A stretch of 64,000 nt of DNA from Octopus bimaculoides (lineage: Eukaryota), in assembly GCF_001194135.2 (NCBI RefSeq), contig NC_068992.1, positions 65,509,453-65,573,452 of the forward strand, written 5' to 3'. This document shows positions 42,811 to 56,110 of this stretch, one piece after another; position 1 is the stretch's first letter; every line of letters starts with the position of its first letter. A program made the translations under genes and the position numbers. Under the pieces are notes generated by a model. The model did no database searches. It saw only the letters and a list, made by a program, of their open reading frames with translations, and was not told the DNA's origin.

Positions 42811-44422
42811 CAGTCATCCGTTTACCAATGATATGCGCTGTATATGTGTAATGAGACTAATGAAAATAAACCTGAAACTTGGTTCATCTCTCCGAAGCTG
42901 ATTCTTGCGTAATATAATCAACACCCACATACACAACTTACACCAGAAGGTCTTTCTTTCAACATGGCAAACTCGAACAAATACCGAACATCAACGTTTT
43001 ATTTTAATTGCCAGATTGTAATCATTGTTTCTTAAGTCAAACTAAGCTTCATTCTTTGGAAGCTTAATCCAGTCTAATCTATTTGATTTTTAATAAATTC
43101 TTAATCTTTTGTTCATTTATTAATTATATTTATTTATTATTTTTAGGATAATTATATTTCAAAAAGTTAATCTTTCTTGTAAATATCCCAACTGAAAAGT
43201 AAATTTAAAAAAAAATTAAAATAAAGAATCTAAAAACAGATAAATTTATTTTAAAGACAAAAAATTTCACTAAAATGAATGCCATTTTCTCTTTCTCCTC
43301 TCATCTTAATTATTTTGCTTTCGTTATAGTCTTCGTTGGGAAAAATCAAGATTTTACCAAAAGTCAAGCGAAAAGCTCCTTCTCTCCACGCACTCAGTTT
43401 CCAGCAAATTCTTAAAATATGATGAAATTTTCTTTTTCTACACCCTAACTAGATTATCTGAAGATTAATGGAGTTGGTTGGTTGGTTGGTTGGATAGTGA
43501 GTTGGTTCGTCTTAACAAGGAGTTACTGCGATCCTCACGTGAATATTTTTATCAAACACAGCTTTTGGCAATTTAAAACTCCTTTTTTTAAAATCCCTTT
43601 TCTATAACACCAACATTCCAAGAAACCTTAAGGTATTTAAAAGCAACTCCCTCCATCCCCGTCTTCATAGCCCCACCACCAACACCATCACCACTACAAC
43701 CATTGTGTTTGGAATGTTGTGGCATTCTATATGAAATTCTCTTCTGGCTATCTTCTGGTTGCAGCCGTCATTTTGGAAATATTTTGAAGGAGACCCGTCT
43801 ATTTCTGCTTTCTTAGACGACCTGTGAAGGTATTGAGCGCAGACCGCTCCAGCATACCACAAGAGACAATATTTTTAAAATCGCCACACGTGAGACAGTA
43901 ATTATGGTGAATTATTAACAACCATTTCTGTAATTACACGCTTCCAAATGTAGAATATTGTGCAAGCAAACGTAAGCTTAAATATCAAGCATTCTACCTA
44001 TCAGCAACAAACTTTGTTTTCTCGCTTATAATACCATACATTAAGAGGGTCTTAAATATTTCACTTGGTTATTGCCAATACATTCAGATCCTGGTTGATT
44101 CTCATTAACAACGAGGTTAAACGTCTCTCAAATAACCAACAGCACGTAGATATCATTGCAAAAGAGAAATGGATTTCCAGTTGCATCTAGACAATTGCTT
44201 TCAATGAAGACACAATCCCAGAAATGTTGATGGAGGATTTGATGGATTACATGGAATCCAGTATTTGACTGGCGCAATATTTTATTTACTCTGAAGGGTT
44301 GAGAAGAAGTTAAGAAGTAGTGCAGTTATCCTTTTAGGATCAGAAGCTGAGATTCAATTAATGGACAACAAAGAATAGCAGAATACGTAGTGTTGCGTAT
44401 AAATTATTCTGTGGGTAACACA

Positions 44423-44460
44423 GGTACAGGTATGGCTGTGTGGTAAGAAGCTTGCTTCCC
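44423..44460 (+). mobile_element. SINE family B head stub
   Basis: TGGCTGTGTGGTAAGAAGCTTGCTTCCC, cut abruptly where the 44461-45100 duplicated unit begins. Confidence 0.6.
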
Positions 44461-44503
44461 GTTGCGCGGCGTATTTGCGAATCAGAGTGGTTCCTCGGGC
44501 CAT

Positions 44504-45100
44504 TGTGACAACACTGCTAAATCTAGCTCTGTTGTGGGTTAGGTCTACGAAAAGATATTAGCAGCGCAGCCTGAATGTAGGAGAAATTTTGATTCTGGAG
44601 CACAGTGGGGGTGCGTTACTTGTATTTTATTGTTATTTTTCACTAGTAAGGTATCTCCACTGGTCTCGGGGCAATTTTGTTCGCCTTTGGTTGCGTTGGT
44701 TTTGTTGGAAATTCTTAAGGGGCGTATCCCGTAACGTAAGAATTTTTTCGAAGGAGAATTTTTTACTGAAGACTTTCGTAATTGGATTTTTGTTCCTGTT
44801 TATGGACATTCATGTTAAATATACAACGAACACCAGATTTTGTGGATAAAATTATTTGGATATCATGGATTACCTATATCGGATTACCCAGGCCTGGCCA
44901 GGAGTTCGAATAGGCCAGAGGACAGTGGACATTTTAACTGTATTTCTTCTGGGTTTTTTTGTTTTTGTTTTTTTGTAATGACAACGCAGCTAAAAATAAC
45001 TCTGTTGGGGATTAAGTCTACGAAAAGATATTAGCAGCGTAGCCTGAAGGTAGGAGGAATTTTGGTTCTGGGACACAGTGGGGGTATGTTGCTTGTATCT
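44504..45100. repeat. About 120-bp direct repeat pair (about 85% identical), about 473-bp period
   Basis: 44504-44627 and 44978-45100 share CTACGAAAAGATATTAGCAGCG-AGCCTGAA-GTAGGAG-AATTTTG-TTCTGG--CACAGTGGGGGT; about 18 mismatches over about 121 nt by eye. Confidence 0.85.
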
Positions 45101-45534
45101 CTTAAAGATACAGTAAATAATGTGATTGTAGATACGGCCAAGAGGTTTTCGTCATAGATTCTCCCAACACCAATCACAACGACAAATAGATTGCAACAAC
45201 AACAGCAACAACAAAAGCTGTAGCCGGAACAACACACCTCATTTTAATGAAATGGGAATAATTAATTAATTAATTATGGTGTTGTCTATTATAGATATCT
45301 AAGACAGATAAAATAAATTAATTCAGAAAATAATCAAATATGCCTGAACACACACACACACATCTATATATATATATATANNNNNNNNNNNNNNNNNNNN
45401 NNNNNNNNNNNNNNNNNNNNNNNNNNNNNNNNNNNNNNNNNNNNNNNNNNNNNNNNNNNNNNNNNNNNNNNNNNNNNNNNNNNNNNNNNNNNNNNNNNNN
45501 NNNNNNNNNNNNNNNNNNNNNNNNNNNNNNNNNN

Positions 45535-45577
<43 letters not shown>

Positions 45578-45578
45578 G

Positions 45579-45647
<69 letters not shown>

Positions 45648-45648
45648 G

Positions 45649-45684
<36 letters not shown>
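45535..45684. repeat. (GATA)n microsatellite
   Basis: Directly visible. Confidence 0.95.
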
Positions 45685-45759
45685 AAAGATTGATAGAAAA
45701 GATTGATAGATGAGATTGATACATAAGATTAGCACTATTTACAATATAAAAATAAATAA

Positions 45760-46330
45760 TTTATATACTTTATATAAAACCTACTATAACAAAGTATCTT
45801 AATCCTAATTCTGGTAGAAATAAAATAAAGGAGAATATTATCCGGTTAATATTGCCCTTCGCTAAGCAACTAAAAACAAACATAATTGTAGTAATAATCT
45901 TAGTAAGTTTTGTGACTGTAGGGTTAAAGATCAATGTAAATTTAATAATAATTGCAAACATAAGAATTTATTATACCAAGATGTAATTGAAGCTGAAGGT
46001 AAACTCTTTTTCTAGGTTGGTTCTACGGAATCATATATAGAGCTTAGATTGGCCAACCACGAATATTCTTTTAGAAACTCCAATAAATGTTCTTCAACTA
46101 ATCTTAGTAAATTCTTTTGGAAACTAAAAGACAGTAATAACAGTTATTAAATTAGATGGAAGTTAATATGTTCTTCAAAATCTTACCATCTACCAGACAG
46201 AAACTTTCAATTTTGCACATCGGAGTGCTAAAATATTTCTTTCTAGCAACAAATTTTAAACGAGAGAGTTAAAAAATTCTCGCTTTGCCTACGTACACTT
46301 AAATATATATTTTATAAATATCATTAATCA
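45760..46330 (+). mobile_element. Penelope-like element (PLE) remnant: linker plus GIY-YIG endonuclease
   Basis: 45893-46312 in a single frame with 4 stops: FCDCRVKDQCKFNNNCKHKNLLYQDV...FF*VGSTESYIELRLANHEYSFRN...TNLSKFFWKLKD...IRWKLI...FCTSEC...ILNER...SLCLRTLKY. This follows the PLE EN pattern C-x-C-R..C..C..Y..YVG-x-TE..R..NH..SF..LSK..W-x-LK..W..C..LN-x-R..C. Upstream RNKIKENIIRLILPFAKQLKTNI resembles the RNIIWFNPPFSK..TNI linker. Confidence 0.8.
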
Positions 46331-47081
46331 TTTTGGAATTACTGATATCACTAATTGTTAGGTTCCTTATTTACCATTAATATTTTTACTAAATTTGAAA
46401 CTGAATTAATTTAATCCTTATTAGAACCAGACTTTATATCTATATTTTTATAGAATATAACATATAATATCTTTCCTAAATATACTTATTCCTAACATAT
46501 GCATAATATATGTAAATGGTTATATTCCAACAATCATTCAATCTTATTTCTTTCGTAATATATGTAAATAGCATCTCCCTACCTATAAATTTCTTGCATA
46601 TTCGTTATTTCTTTCTTACTTTTCCAGAGTAAATTTTATTAAAATTCATATTTGTTTAGTTAACTTTAAACATCAATACTCGGTTTAACTACTAAATAGT
46701 TCTAATCTACCGTAGCAAAAAAAAATCGATCATAAATCATAAATATAAATACTCCGTTTTGCTTCATATTACGTAATACGTTATTCCTAATTCTAATGAA
46801 ACAATCTCCAAATTACTTATCTATTTAGTTATTAATTAATAATTGCAAATATATTAAGCTATATTATAATAAATACCCAAATACATGCTTCCATATATTC
46901 TACTACATTTTATTTCACTGTATTATATTTTTATTTTTTTCTGTTCACCCTCTTGTTCAACTTTTTTTTATCTGACTTTTTAATCGATCAGTTCTAAATA
47001 TTAAACTTCCCATAACATAACCCCAACAACTTAACCTTTCTGATAATAAATATAAAAATAAATATATACCTTAGAGAGTGA

Positions 47082-47146
<65 letters not shown>

Positions 47147-47182
47147 CTCTGAGAGAGATATAAACAGTAGCAGTACGGCACC

Positions 47183-47275
47183 GTCCTATACTGGACAGAG
47201 CTACTAATGCTTATAGCCCCGGAAGACATCACTTCAGCTGGCTATAAACATCAGTAGCACTGTCCTGTATAGGAC
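47183..47275. repeat. 36-bp inverted repeat with 21-nt spacer (long hairpin)
   Basis: GTCCTATACTGGACAGAGCTACTAATGCTTATAGCC (47183-47218) versus GGCTATAAACATCAGTAGCACTGTCCTGTATAGGAC (47240-47275); 32/36 complementary. Confidence 0.9.
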
Positions 47276-48345
47276 ACCTCACTTAGTTGGCAAAGGTAAA
47301 ATGCACACACATAGATAAATGATAGGAAGACATAGTAAGATAAAGAGAGAAACAGAGACAGACTTGAAATAGTTAGACGATTTATAAGAAAAACAATAGA
47401 AAGTCACCTCGCCAGAAAGACACAACCAAAATATGAGACAGGCTGCTGTTGGTGCACACACCGATGCACCTATATTCCCACATGCAACTACGTGCACATT
47501 ATTAGATAAATATGAAAACAAAAAGAGGGAGAGTTTCTCTCTTTGTCTATAGGTAATAGATCAGTAAGAATAAGTCTATTTAGTCTAATACATTACGCGT
47601 CAGCCAAAGAATCGATTGAAATACAATAAGTGACTGCACCCATGTGCATTTATATGGTATCTGCAACTGATATGAGTGCATCCTACATTAAATTAATTTA
47701 TGAGTGTGTATTGTATTTAGAGCTCTGTCTGACTTTTCTGTAATATTTTTTTCTATTTTTTTCTGCTGTGTACCTATTTAATTATGTCTGTATTGTTTTT
47801 CTTTTATTATATATGTGTGCACGTATATATGTGTATTCAAATATATATACATATATAAATATACATATGAATAAATACATACACATGCATGCAGAGTAAG
47901 AGAGAGAGAAATACATATGTATGTACATATATATATTATATACAACATCTAATTATATATATATACATGGTGTATGTATGTATGCATTTGTGTGTACGTA
48001 TATATATATATATATATATATAGCAATGTTAATTCTCTAAATGAAGTATTAACAGTAACTGCACGATAAAGTGGCAATATACTACACTATATATATATAT
48101 ATANNNNNNNNNNNNNNNNNNNNNNNNNNNNNNNNNNNNNNNNNNNNNNNNNNNNNNNNNNNNNNNNNNNNNNNNNNNNNNNNNNNNNNNNNNNNNNNNN
48201 NNNNNNNNNNNNNNNNNNNNNNNNNNNNNNNNNNNNNNNNNNNNNNNNNNNNNNNNNNNNNNNNNNNNNNNNNNNNNNNNNNNNNNNNNNNNNNNNNNNN
48301 NNNNNNNNNNNNNNNNNNNNNNNNNNNNNNNNNNNNAGAAATATA

Positions 48346-48394
<49 letters not shown>

Positions 48395-48458
48395 CAAAAT
48401 GGGACAAGAACGCAAAACATCCATACAGTCGAGTTCCAGATTATCTTTTCAATTTCGT

Positions 48459-48639
48459 ATATATATACATATGCAACGAGCTTCTTTAAGTTCCCGTCTA
48501 CTAAACCCACTCACAAGGACTTGGTTGGCCGGAGGCTATAGTAGAAGACTTGCCAAGGTACCACGCAGTAGGACTGAACCTGGAACCACGTGGTTGAGTT
48601 GGGAAGCGAGCCTCTTACCACACAGCTACTCCTGCGCCT
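48459..48639 (-). mobile_element. SINE family B, near full length
   Basis: CCCGTCTACTAAACCCACTCACAAGG...GGCTATAGTAGAAGACTTGCCAAGG...CTTACCACACAGCTACTCCTGCGCCT, with a (TA)n-like tail side at 48459. Confidence 0.85.
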
Positions 48640-50086
48640 ATGTGAGTGTATTTGGAGGGGGAGAGGTATCACATGATGTTCATCCTTTATATCTCTGAAG
48701 ATGACCAGATTAGCATGTCTGTGTGCCTGAGGTGGGTTCGTAGACCAATATTTACATAAAATCCTCATTTACTTTGGGGGCACGTAATAGCAGATTAAGG
48801 AACTGGTGCGATAATTGCTTTCTCTCTTCATTTCTGATTCTGATAACTGTACTCCAAAGCACTTAATCAAATCTGTGACATTGCACCAGTTGTTCTCAGG
48901 TAGACTATTCCCAATTGCACTTTTTCAAGTTCGTCTTGGGAATCATTCTGTATCTTCTGTTTGGTCCACCCACTGACCCCCCCCCTACTTTATACCATTT
49001 ACCGCGCTTCTATGCTTATTGATTAAACTATGATCAGCATCAGTGTTTAGCACATTTGCAGAAATAATTTTGGCCATTCTAAATACCTTCACGTACATTC
49101 AAATCAAGATAAAGTTTTATAACAGGTACGTTTCAGATGTAGTAGTGTAGATATTTATATTTTGTAGTTTATGAAACTTATGTGTAGTATATATNNNNNN
49201 NNNNNNNNNNNNNNNNNNNNNNNNNNNNNNNNNNNNNNNNNNNNNNNNNNNNNNNNNNNNNNNNNNNNNNNNNNNNNNNNNNNNNNNNNNNNNNNNNNNN
49301 NNNNNNNNNNNNNNNNNNNNNNNNNNNNNNNNNNNNNNNNNNNNNNNNNNNNNNNNNNNNNNNNNNNNNNNNNNNNNNNNNNNNNNNNNNNNNNNNNNNN
49401 NNNNNNNNNNNNNNNNNNNNNNNNNNNNNNNNNNNNNNNNNNNNNNNNNNNNNNNNNNNNNNNNNNNNNNNNNNNNNNNNNNNNNNNNNNNNNNNNNNNN
49501 NNNNNNNNNNNNNNNNNNNNNNNNNNNNNNNNNNNNNNNNNNNNNNNNNNNNNNNNNNNNNNNNNNNNNNNNNNNNNNNNNNNNNNNNNNNNNNNNNNNN
49601 NNNNNNNNNNNNNNNNNNNNNNNNNNNNNNNNNNNNNNNNNNNNNNNNNNNNNNNNNNNNNNNNNNNNNNNNNNNNNNNNNNNNNNNNNNNNNNNNNNNN
49701 NNNNNNNNNNNNNNNNNNNNNNNNNNNNNNNNNNNNNNNNNNNNNNNNNNNNNNNNNNNNNNNNNNNNNNNNNNNNNNNNNNNNNNNNNNNNNNNNNNNN
49801 NNNNNNNNNNNNNNNNNNNNNNNNNNNNNNNNNNNNNNNNNNNNNNNNNNNNNNNNNNNNNNNNNNNNNNNNNNNNNNNNNNNNNNNNNNNNNNNNNNNN
49901 NNNNNNNNNNNNNNNNNNNNNNNNNNNNNNNNNNNNNNNNNNNNNNNNNNNNNNNGTGTGTGTGCAAATGTACAAATACATATAGATGGTAACACAAAAA
50001 ACTAGGAAAGCAACTGAAAAATCACTCCAACCACTATACACTCACCTACTCTGTTTTGCCATGCTTCTATTTTCCTTTCTCTATAC

Positions 50087-50145
<59 letters not shown>

Positions 50146-50403
50146 GTATATGTGTGTGTATGTATATATGTGTGTGCGTGCATGCACGTACACATACATC
50201 GGTCCGCCATACCCACACATCCCATGTTGTTGTTGTTGTTTTTCGATAATCGTGTTGTTTGTATGCTACATTTTAATACCGTGTAAATTGTTATTTTTTT
50301 GTGCTTTTTATTCATGATGCATCTTCATTGTTTTCCTCCCATATCGATTGTGACGATTCTTTGCTATTGTGCTAGTCGCTACGTACACACACATATACAT
50401 ACA

Positions 50404-50434
<31 letters not shown>

Positions 50435-52458
50435 GGAAGCTCTTACGCAGAATATTGTGGAAGTGAAAGGCTGCACCACCCACCTCCAACACCGAGATTC
50501 CACCTCACTGACGAATAAAACTATAATCAACGAAGAAAAGCCATGCATTCATAGTGAGACACAAAAAGACTTTTAGTCTCTAAACTTAACACGTAAAACA
50601 TACAATGTTGATAGGTGGCACCTGCTAGTGTCTTTCCCATTTACAATAGACTTTCTTTCTTGCTCTCTCTGTAATATATACCACACAGGGTGTTCTAAAA
50701 GTATTTCAGATTTCTCACAAAAATAAACACAATGCTGCACGCATTCCGTGTTTAGATTCCTCGATGGTGGAAGACATATTTTCCCTAAAATTGATTTCTA
50801 TATCTCCTGAATCTGAATGCTTCAAGAACATGGAGCTAGACATACATACATACATACATATATGTGTGTGGGCCTTTGTGTATTATATACGACATGGAAT
50901 GTCTTGATAGCTAAATAGCTTGCTGAAAACTTTATTAACAGTAAATCGTTTTCTGTGACTCGAACAATAAAAGTTTTACTGACCGCACAGATTCTCTAAA
51001 TATAAATTTATATACAACAGTGAGAAGATAAATCAAACACCCATTTGTTACATAGTCTGAGAGGGAAAAGTCTATAAATACACACACACACACATACATG
51101 CATATGTTTGTATGTATATATACATTTAAACACAGAAACTTCAGTATGACCAGTAAAATTATTTGGGAAAACAAAGCAGAGAAAAGAGCAGGGATAGCAT
51201 GACCGAATAGTTAAGAAGCTCACTTTGTAATTAGGAGGTTCTGGGTTCGAGTAACCTGTGTGAGGCTGTTTGCTATTTTGGGCTAATCTCATTTTCTTCT
51301 CCTTGGGTCACCACACTGAACAAACTCTCAGAGCAATACTTCACTACTTCTTGTATTTCTGTTACACGGAAGTATTAAACTGGACCCGATTCCAGATATT
51401 TACACCATTACATAACATATGTCGTGATTGAGCTGTGTTGCTGCTGATGCTGTTTAAATCCATGTCAAAGGTCAAACATGATTGTGCAGACCAATGATTA
51501 ATGCCATGTAACTTCAATCTAATTTACTTGTCTCTTTAATAGTATCTAAATTTCATTAACCGGAATGAGATTTCCTAACGTTAGAACAATGCCTCTTGAA
51601 ATACCATGGGTTACTAGACGTCTTATTTTTGTATGGGGACAAGAGAAAAAGGGGTTGTAAATACGTAGCAGATACAATTGGTGGATCAAATACTTTTGTT
51701 CAGTCTGTAAATCACCCGGTAATCGTTATTGACCGCAAGTAGATCTTCTAAGAAGGTTTCCCATGTAATTTTCTAAATAGACTTTTCCATGTAATTCGAA
51801 AGGTACGACCGTGGCATGCCCTATGCCACGTTGATTCCACCTCAGTATTGCGTTAATTGGTCCACGTGGTTGTGGACTACTCAGCCACGTACATATAAAT
51901 TTAGGAGCAAATAATTCGATTGATCGAACAACTGAATCGCTATTGCTCAACGACGAAGATCCACCTCCATATTCAAAACAATTAACAGCGAATGAAATTA
52001 AAGCTTTGGAAATGTATTAATGAAATGGGACGTTATAAAACATAGAATAAAATCCCAGCTAATCAAAACTGCTGCCATACATCTTAGAGTTTTGCTTGAT
52101 ACAAGCCATCTTTACTTAAAGCTGTTGATACCCGATAAAAAGCGTAGGTGCTTTGATATCTCAAATCTCCCTCCCCATAAATTATACAGCTTTTTGTGCA
52201 TCGTCAAAAAACTATCGATGTAAAAACGCCTGTTGTTGTTAAATATCAATTAAAACAAATATAATAAAGAGAGAAATGCAGTATTGCTTCGGAAAAAAAA
52301 AAACCAATCGGTTATCACTAAACACGTGGAGAGAGAATCATTTGTTGGTTCTTTAATGATAATTAATGCTTACGTAACTAGTTTCTTTCTGAAGAATAAA
52401 TGACAGTCTTTCGAGATGATGCGAGAGTCTTGCTCTTTGTTTATGCTTCTCCTTTACA

Positions 52459-52520
<62 letters not shown>

Positions 52521-52616
52521 NNNNNNNNNNNNNNNNNNTCTCTTTCTCTCTCTTTCTCTCTCTCTCTTCTCTCTCTCACACACGCTCTCTCTTTCTCTCT
52601 ATTTGTCTCCGTTTAA

Positions 52617-52666
<50 letters not shown>

Positions 52667-53007
52667 CATATATGAATATATATATATACATATATACATA
52701 TGTTATATCTGAATATATATATATACATATACATATATACATATGTTATATATGCATATATTATATATATTTATTTTTTAATGTATGTATGAATGTATGT
52801 AAAGCGCACAAACATACCGATGCGTATATACCCAGACATTCAGTTTCAACACTTTGAACATGACAACGTATAGTTTGACGTGTGTTCATGTTAGTAAAGT
52901 AAATATTACGATCGGTTTTAACATAACATCACCACCAACAACATCACCACTATCACCCACCATCACCATACATCTTGTGATATCAAACACAGTCTTTACA
53001 GACATTA

Positions 53008-53080
53008 AAGGGAAAGAGAGAGAAAGAAAGAAAGAAACAAACAAACAAACAAACAAAGAAAGAAAGAAGAAAGAAAGGGA

Positions 53081-53130
<50 letters not shown>

Positions 53131-53136
53131 AATGGA

Positions 53137-53169
<33 letters not shown>

Positions 53170-53172
53170 GGA

Positions 53173-53246
<74 letters not shown>

Positions 53247-53310
53247 AATATAGAAATAAAGAAAGAAAGAAAGAAAGGGAAGGATGGAGAGGGGAAGAAG
53301 GAAGGAAAGG
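53008..53310. repeat. (GAAA)n homopurine tract
   Basis: Directly visible, about 300 bp. Confidence 0.95.
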
Positions 53311-53835
53311 AATTGAAAGAGATCCACTCTGACTCTCCTCATCCGTTCTTATCCAATTGTTGTCAACAACAAACACCGTATCTTTTTCTTGTTTTTTCTT
53401 TGTTTCCTTCACAAGATGTCGAATATTTTTCTAATGATATTTATGTCAACTCAGTTAATGCATAAGGACGGCATCCGATGTTTCAATCCATCACAGAATT
53501 TGTTGTTTCACAGACACAGCGACTATTTTTGTTTTGTTTTGTTCCTCAACGTCATACTTTTCGCCATAACTCAATCTTAGTAACATGGCCGCCAGACATG
53601 ATTTGGCTTAAAAGCGAGTCTCGTTGACAAGAAACCACAGAAGCAAATTGAAGACTTTAAAAAAATACCATTGCTGGATTTATTGAAGTAAAATTATTAC
53701 ATCATTTACGAAATATGCTTTCTTGGATGTTATAATGTAAAGCTGGAACATCACGTGGCAACCAGATCTGAACAACAACTTCAACAAAATTCACAATTAC
53801 AAAGGATTAGTATCACTTACAATGAGAACAATATA

Positions 53836-54075
53836 CTAGAAATAGCAGCCGAAGCTCACTCAAATCTCACCCTACTCTCATGAAATGAAAATAACACAAC
53901 AGAGTCTATATAGACCTATATGTCATTAAATAGACGGGTTCGTCATGGTTAGAATACTGAAGATTAAAGGAAGCTTCTGTCTGGATTGGTCTGCGGCCGA
54001 CTAAGCAACAACCGCAAACCGGGTTTGTGTAGGGTCCTCTTAGAAATAACAGCCAAATTGCTTCCTCAAATCACA
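53836..54075. repeat. Two fragments of a short interspersed repeat also present at 8099-8139
   Basis: CTAGAAATAGCAGCCGAA...CTCAAATC (53836-53875), TTAGAAATAACAGCCAAA...CTCAAATCACA (54039-54075) and CTAGAAATAGCGGTCGAA (8099-8139). Confidence 0.55.
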
Positions 54076-54720
54076 TTAATAATTGGAAGATGACGTTGGT
54101 CAATATAGTCCTTGATACACTAAGCCGGAAGTTTTACAAAATGAAACGGATACACCTGATTTCTTTCCATCATAGCTAAACTTGACCTGGAGTTAAACTA
54201 CTACTACAACTGCACCTCTAACAACTTCATGAACAGCTGCAACAACATCAACTGCAGCAGCAATAACAAAAACTACAACAACTGTAATATTATTCAATTA
54301 TTTGCATTATGTTTAAGTTTGAATATAAACATAGTGAAGCTCCAACATGACCGTCAGTTCACTCGTTTGACCACTTTGAACATTTTTATACACTCCTCGG
54401 AACTGTGCAAATTTCATGTCTCATAAAGGATTTTTAGTTTGATGTTTAAATATATCTTCATTTACATTATTCCATCATTTTAGATATTTCGATTATGTCT
54501 CTGGTATCGTTCCATAGTTAAAGTTGTTTAAAGTGTAATACTGCAACTCGCATCATGACAAGATGTGTGAAAAATATGTTTTCTTTCTTTTTGCTTCTAT
54601 CTCTTCTCAAGAGAAAAGAACAAAGTTTACAACCAGAATATAAACAGCAAACACGGTTATCTACAGATTACGCGGCTTTTCTAGACACTCCTGCAGCGCA
54701 CAATATTCCTGTCCATTCAA

Positions 54721-54847
54721 GGTGGCAAGTTGGCAGAAACGTTAGCACGCCGGGCGAAATGCTTAGCGGTATTTCGTCTGCCATTACGTTCTGAGTTCAA
54801 ATTCAGCTGAGGTCGACTTTTCGGGCCTTGTGCCTAGAGCAGAAAAA
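54721..54847 (+). mobile_element. SINE family A, internally deleted
   Basis: Well-preserved head GGTGGCAAGTTGGCAGAAACGTTAGCACGCCGGGCGAAATGCTTAGCGG...GAGTTCAAATTC joined to the 3' end GGCCTTGTGCC. Degenerate 17-bp TSD at 54702-54718 / 54848-54864 (14/17). Confidence 0.85.
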
Positions 54848-55218
54848 AATATTCATATCTATTCCTTTAACAGTCGCTTATGTTTTGAGTTCAACTCCTA
54901 CCAGGGTTAACTTCTTTTTTCTCTTTCTTTTCATTCTTGCAGAATCGACAAAAACATAGCTCCAGTCACATCGTAGGGCCTATATTATAGACTGACCATC
55001 TAACATCAATTTTCCTGCATTGCACCTCTGTAAGAACATTTTTGTGTGCTATTATATATTTGACTTAAATTCGAGGGGTTAGATCAGTTTTTCTCCCCTT
55101 TAGTTACTATTTTATTTTGGTCGACCCCCATATAGACATTTCTATAGATACTTCTACACAGTTCCTATTTTGTTATTCACATATAAAACTTGCACGGGTT
55201 GAATTATGTAAAATGTTT

Positions 55219-55549
55219 CAGAAATTGACCATGCATTCTTTTCTTTACCCGCCTATTTTCAGTTTCATTCGTTTTCAATTGCTTGTACAGTGCTTTATCT
55301 TTGCAATCTTTCATCCTACACAAACCTAACCTTCTTACTTCTAATAATAGCGGTTCTGTGGCATTTTTTTACATACCATGCTATGTTGTTTTCTTCTGCT
55401 CTAATGCTGTGTTCGTATCCAATAAGTCCTCTTACCCCTCTTTTTCTTGGTACATACAGTCTATTTGTGTCCATTTTTGGGTGGAGTGCCCCATATTAAG
55501 TTAGCAACTTCCTTGTATTTCTGTCTAAGCTGTTTAGTTCGTCTACTGT
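55219..55549 (-). mobile_element. R4/Dong-clade internal fragment (post-RT region)
   Basis: Minus strand reads TVDELNSLDRNTRKLLT*YGALHPKMDTNRLYVPRKRGVRGLIGYEHSIRAEENNIAWYVK, then after a frameshift NATEPLLLEVRRLG...KKRMHGQFL. The H-P-K-x-D-x-x-RLY-x-P-R-x-x-G-x-RGL motif is typical of this clade. The 5' junction abuts (ATT)n at 55552. Confidence 0.8.
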
Positions 55550-55583
55550 ACATTATTATTATTGTTGTTGTTGTGATTATTAA

Positions 55584-55776
55584 GGCGGCGAGCTGGCAGA
55601 ATCGTTAGGACGCCATTTTGTTTGCCTTTACGTTCTGCGTTCAAATTCCGCCGAGGTTGATTTTGCCGTTGATTCTTTCGGGGTCGATGAAATAAGTACC
55701 AGTTGTGCATTGACGTCGATATAATCGACTTACAACTATCCCTGAACATGCTGGCCCTGTGCCAAAATTTTAAATC
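55584..55776 (+). mobile_element. SINE family A
   Basis: GGCGGCGAGCTGGCAGAATCG (A-box-like), GTTCAAATTCCGCCGAGG (B-box-like), family core and 3' end; (TTG)n tail. Confidence 0.85.
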
Positions 55777-55829
55777 GCTTTTTTGTTGTTGTTGTTGTTG
55801 TTGTTGCTGCTGCTGCTATGTACATATGT

Positions 55830-56110
55830 AGATGTTGAAGAATATCATTAAAGTCTTTTTTGGTTTGATTATCATTTGTACCAATTACACGTGGGAAGAT
55901 TGCAACAGTTCCCAACAGACAATATTTTTCATTCAACATTTCCATAGATCTAATATCTTGACTAATCAGCTCTCCTCATCACTTAATTTAGTGTTGCTCT
56001 GCCGCTTCTTAGAACACTATTGTCATTTCAGTCAAACAAAATCATGTCCGGCGTCTCATGCTCTGTCCCTGTGGTCTGCGTCGGTGCGAAAATTCCATAG
56101 AATGTTCTTT
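55830..56110 (-). mobile_element. Highly degraded R4/Dong-like RLE fragment
   Basis: Minus strand pieces ILWNF, TPDMILFD and TVAIFPRVIGT occur in the expected order with frameshifts and stops. The 3' side runs into the (TTG)n tail of the SINE at 55584-55776. Confidence 0.45.

Noticed and set aside
43775-43835. Plus-strand acceptor...donor pair encoding PSFWKYFEGDPSISAFLDDL*
   Set aside because: All frames close within the segment and no homology was recognised.
48700-48940. Possible CR1 EN-RT linker remnant (KTNLKKCNWE) on the minus strand
   Set aside because: Only one weak motif; cannot be distinguished from chance without a search.
51960-52260. PPPYSKQ...LPPHKLY peptides resembling the PLE linker
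   Set aside because: Spacing is about twice the expected length and the frames are broken; insufficient support.
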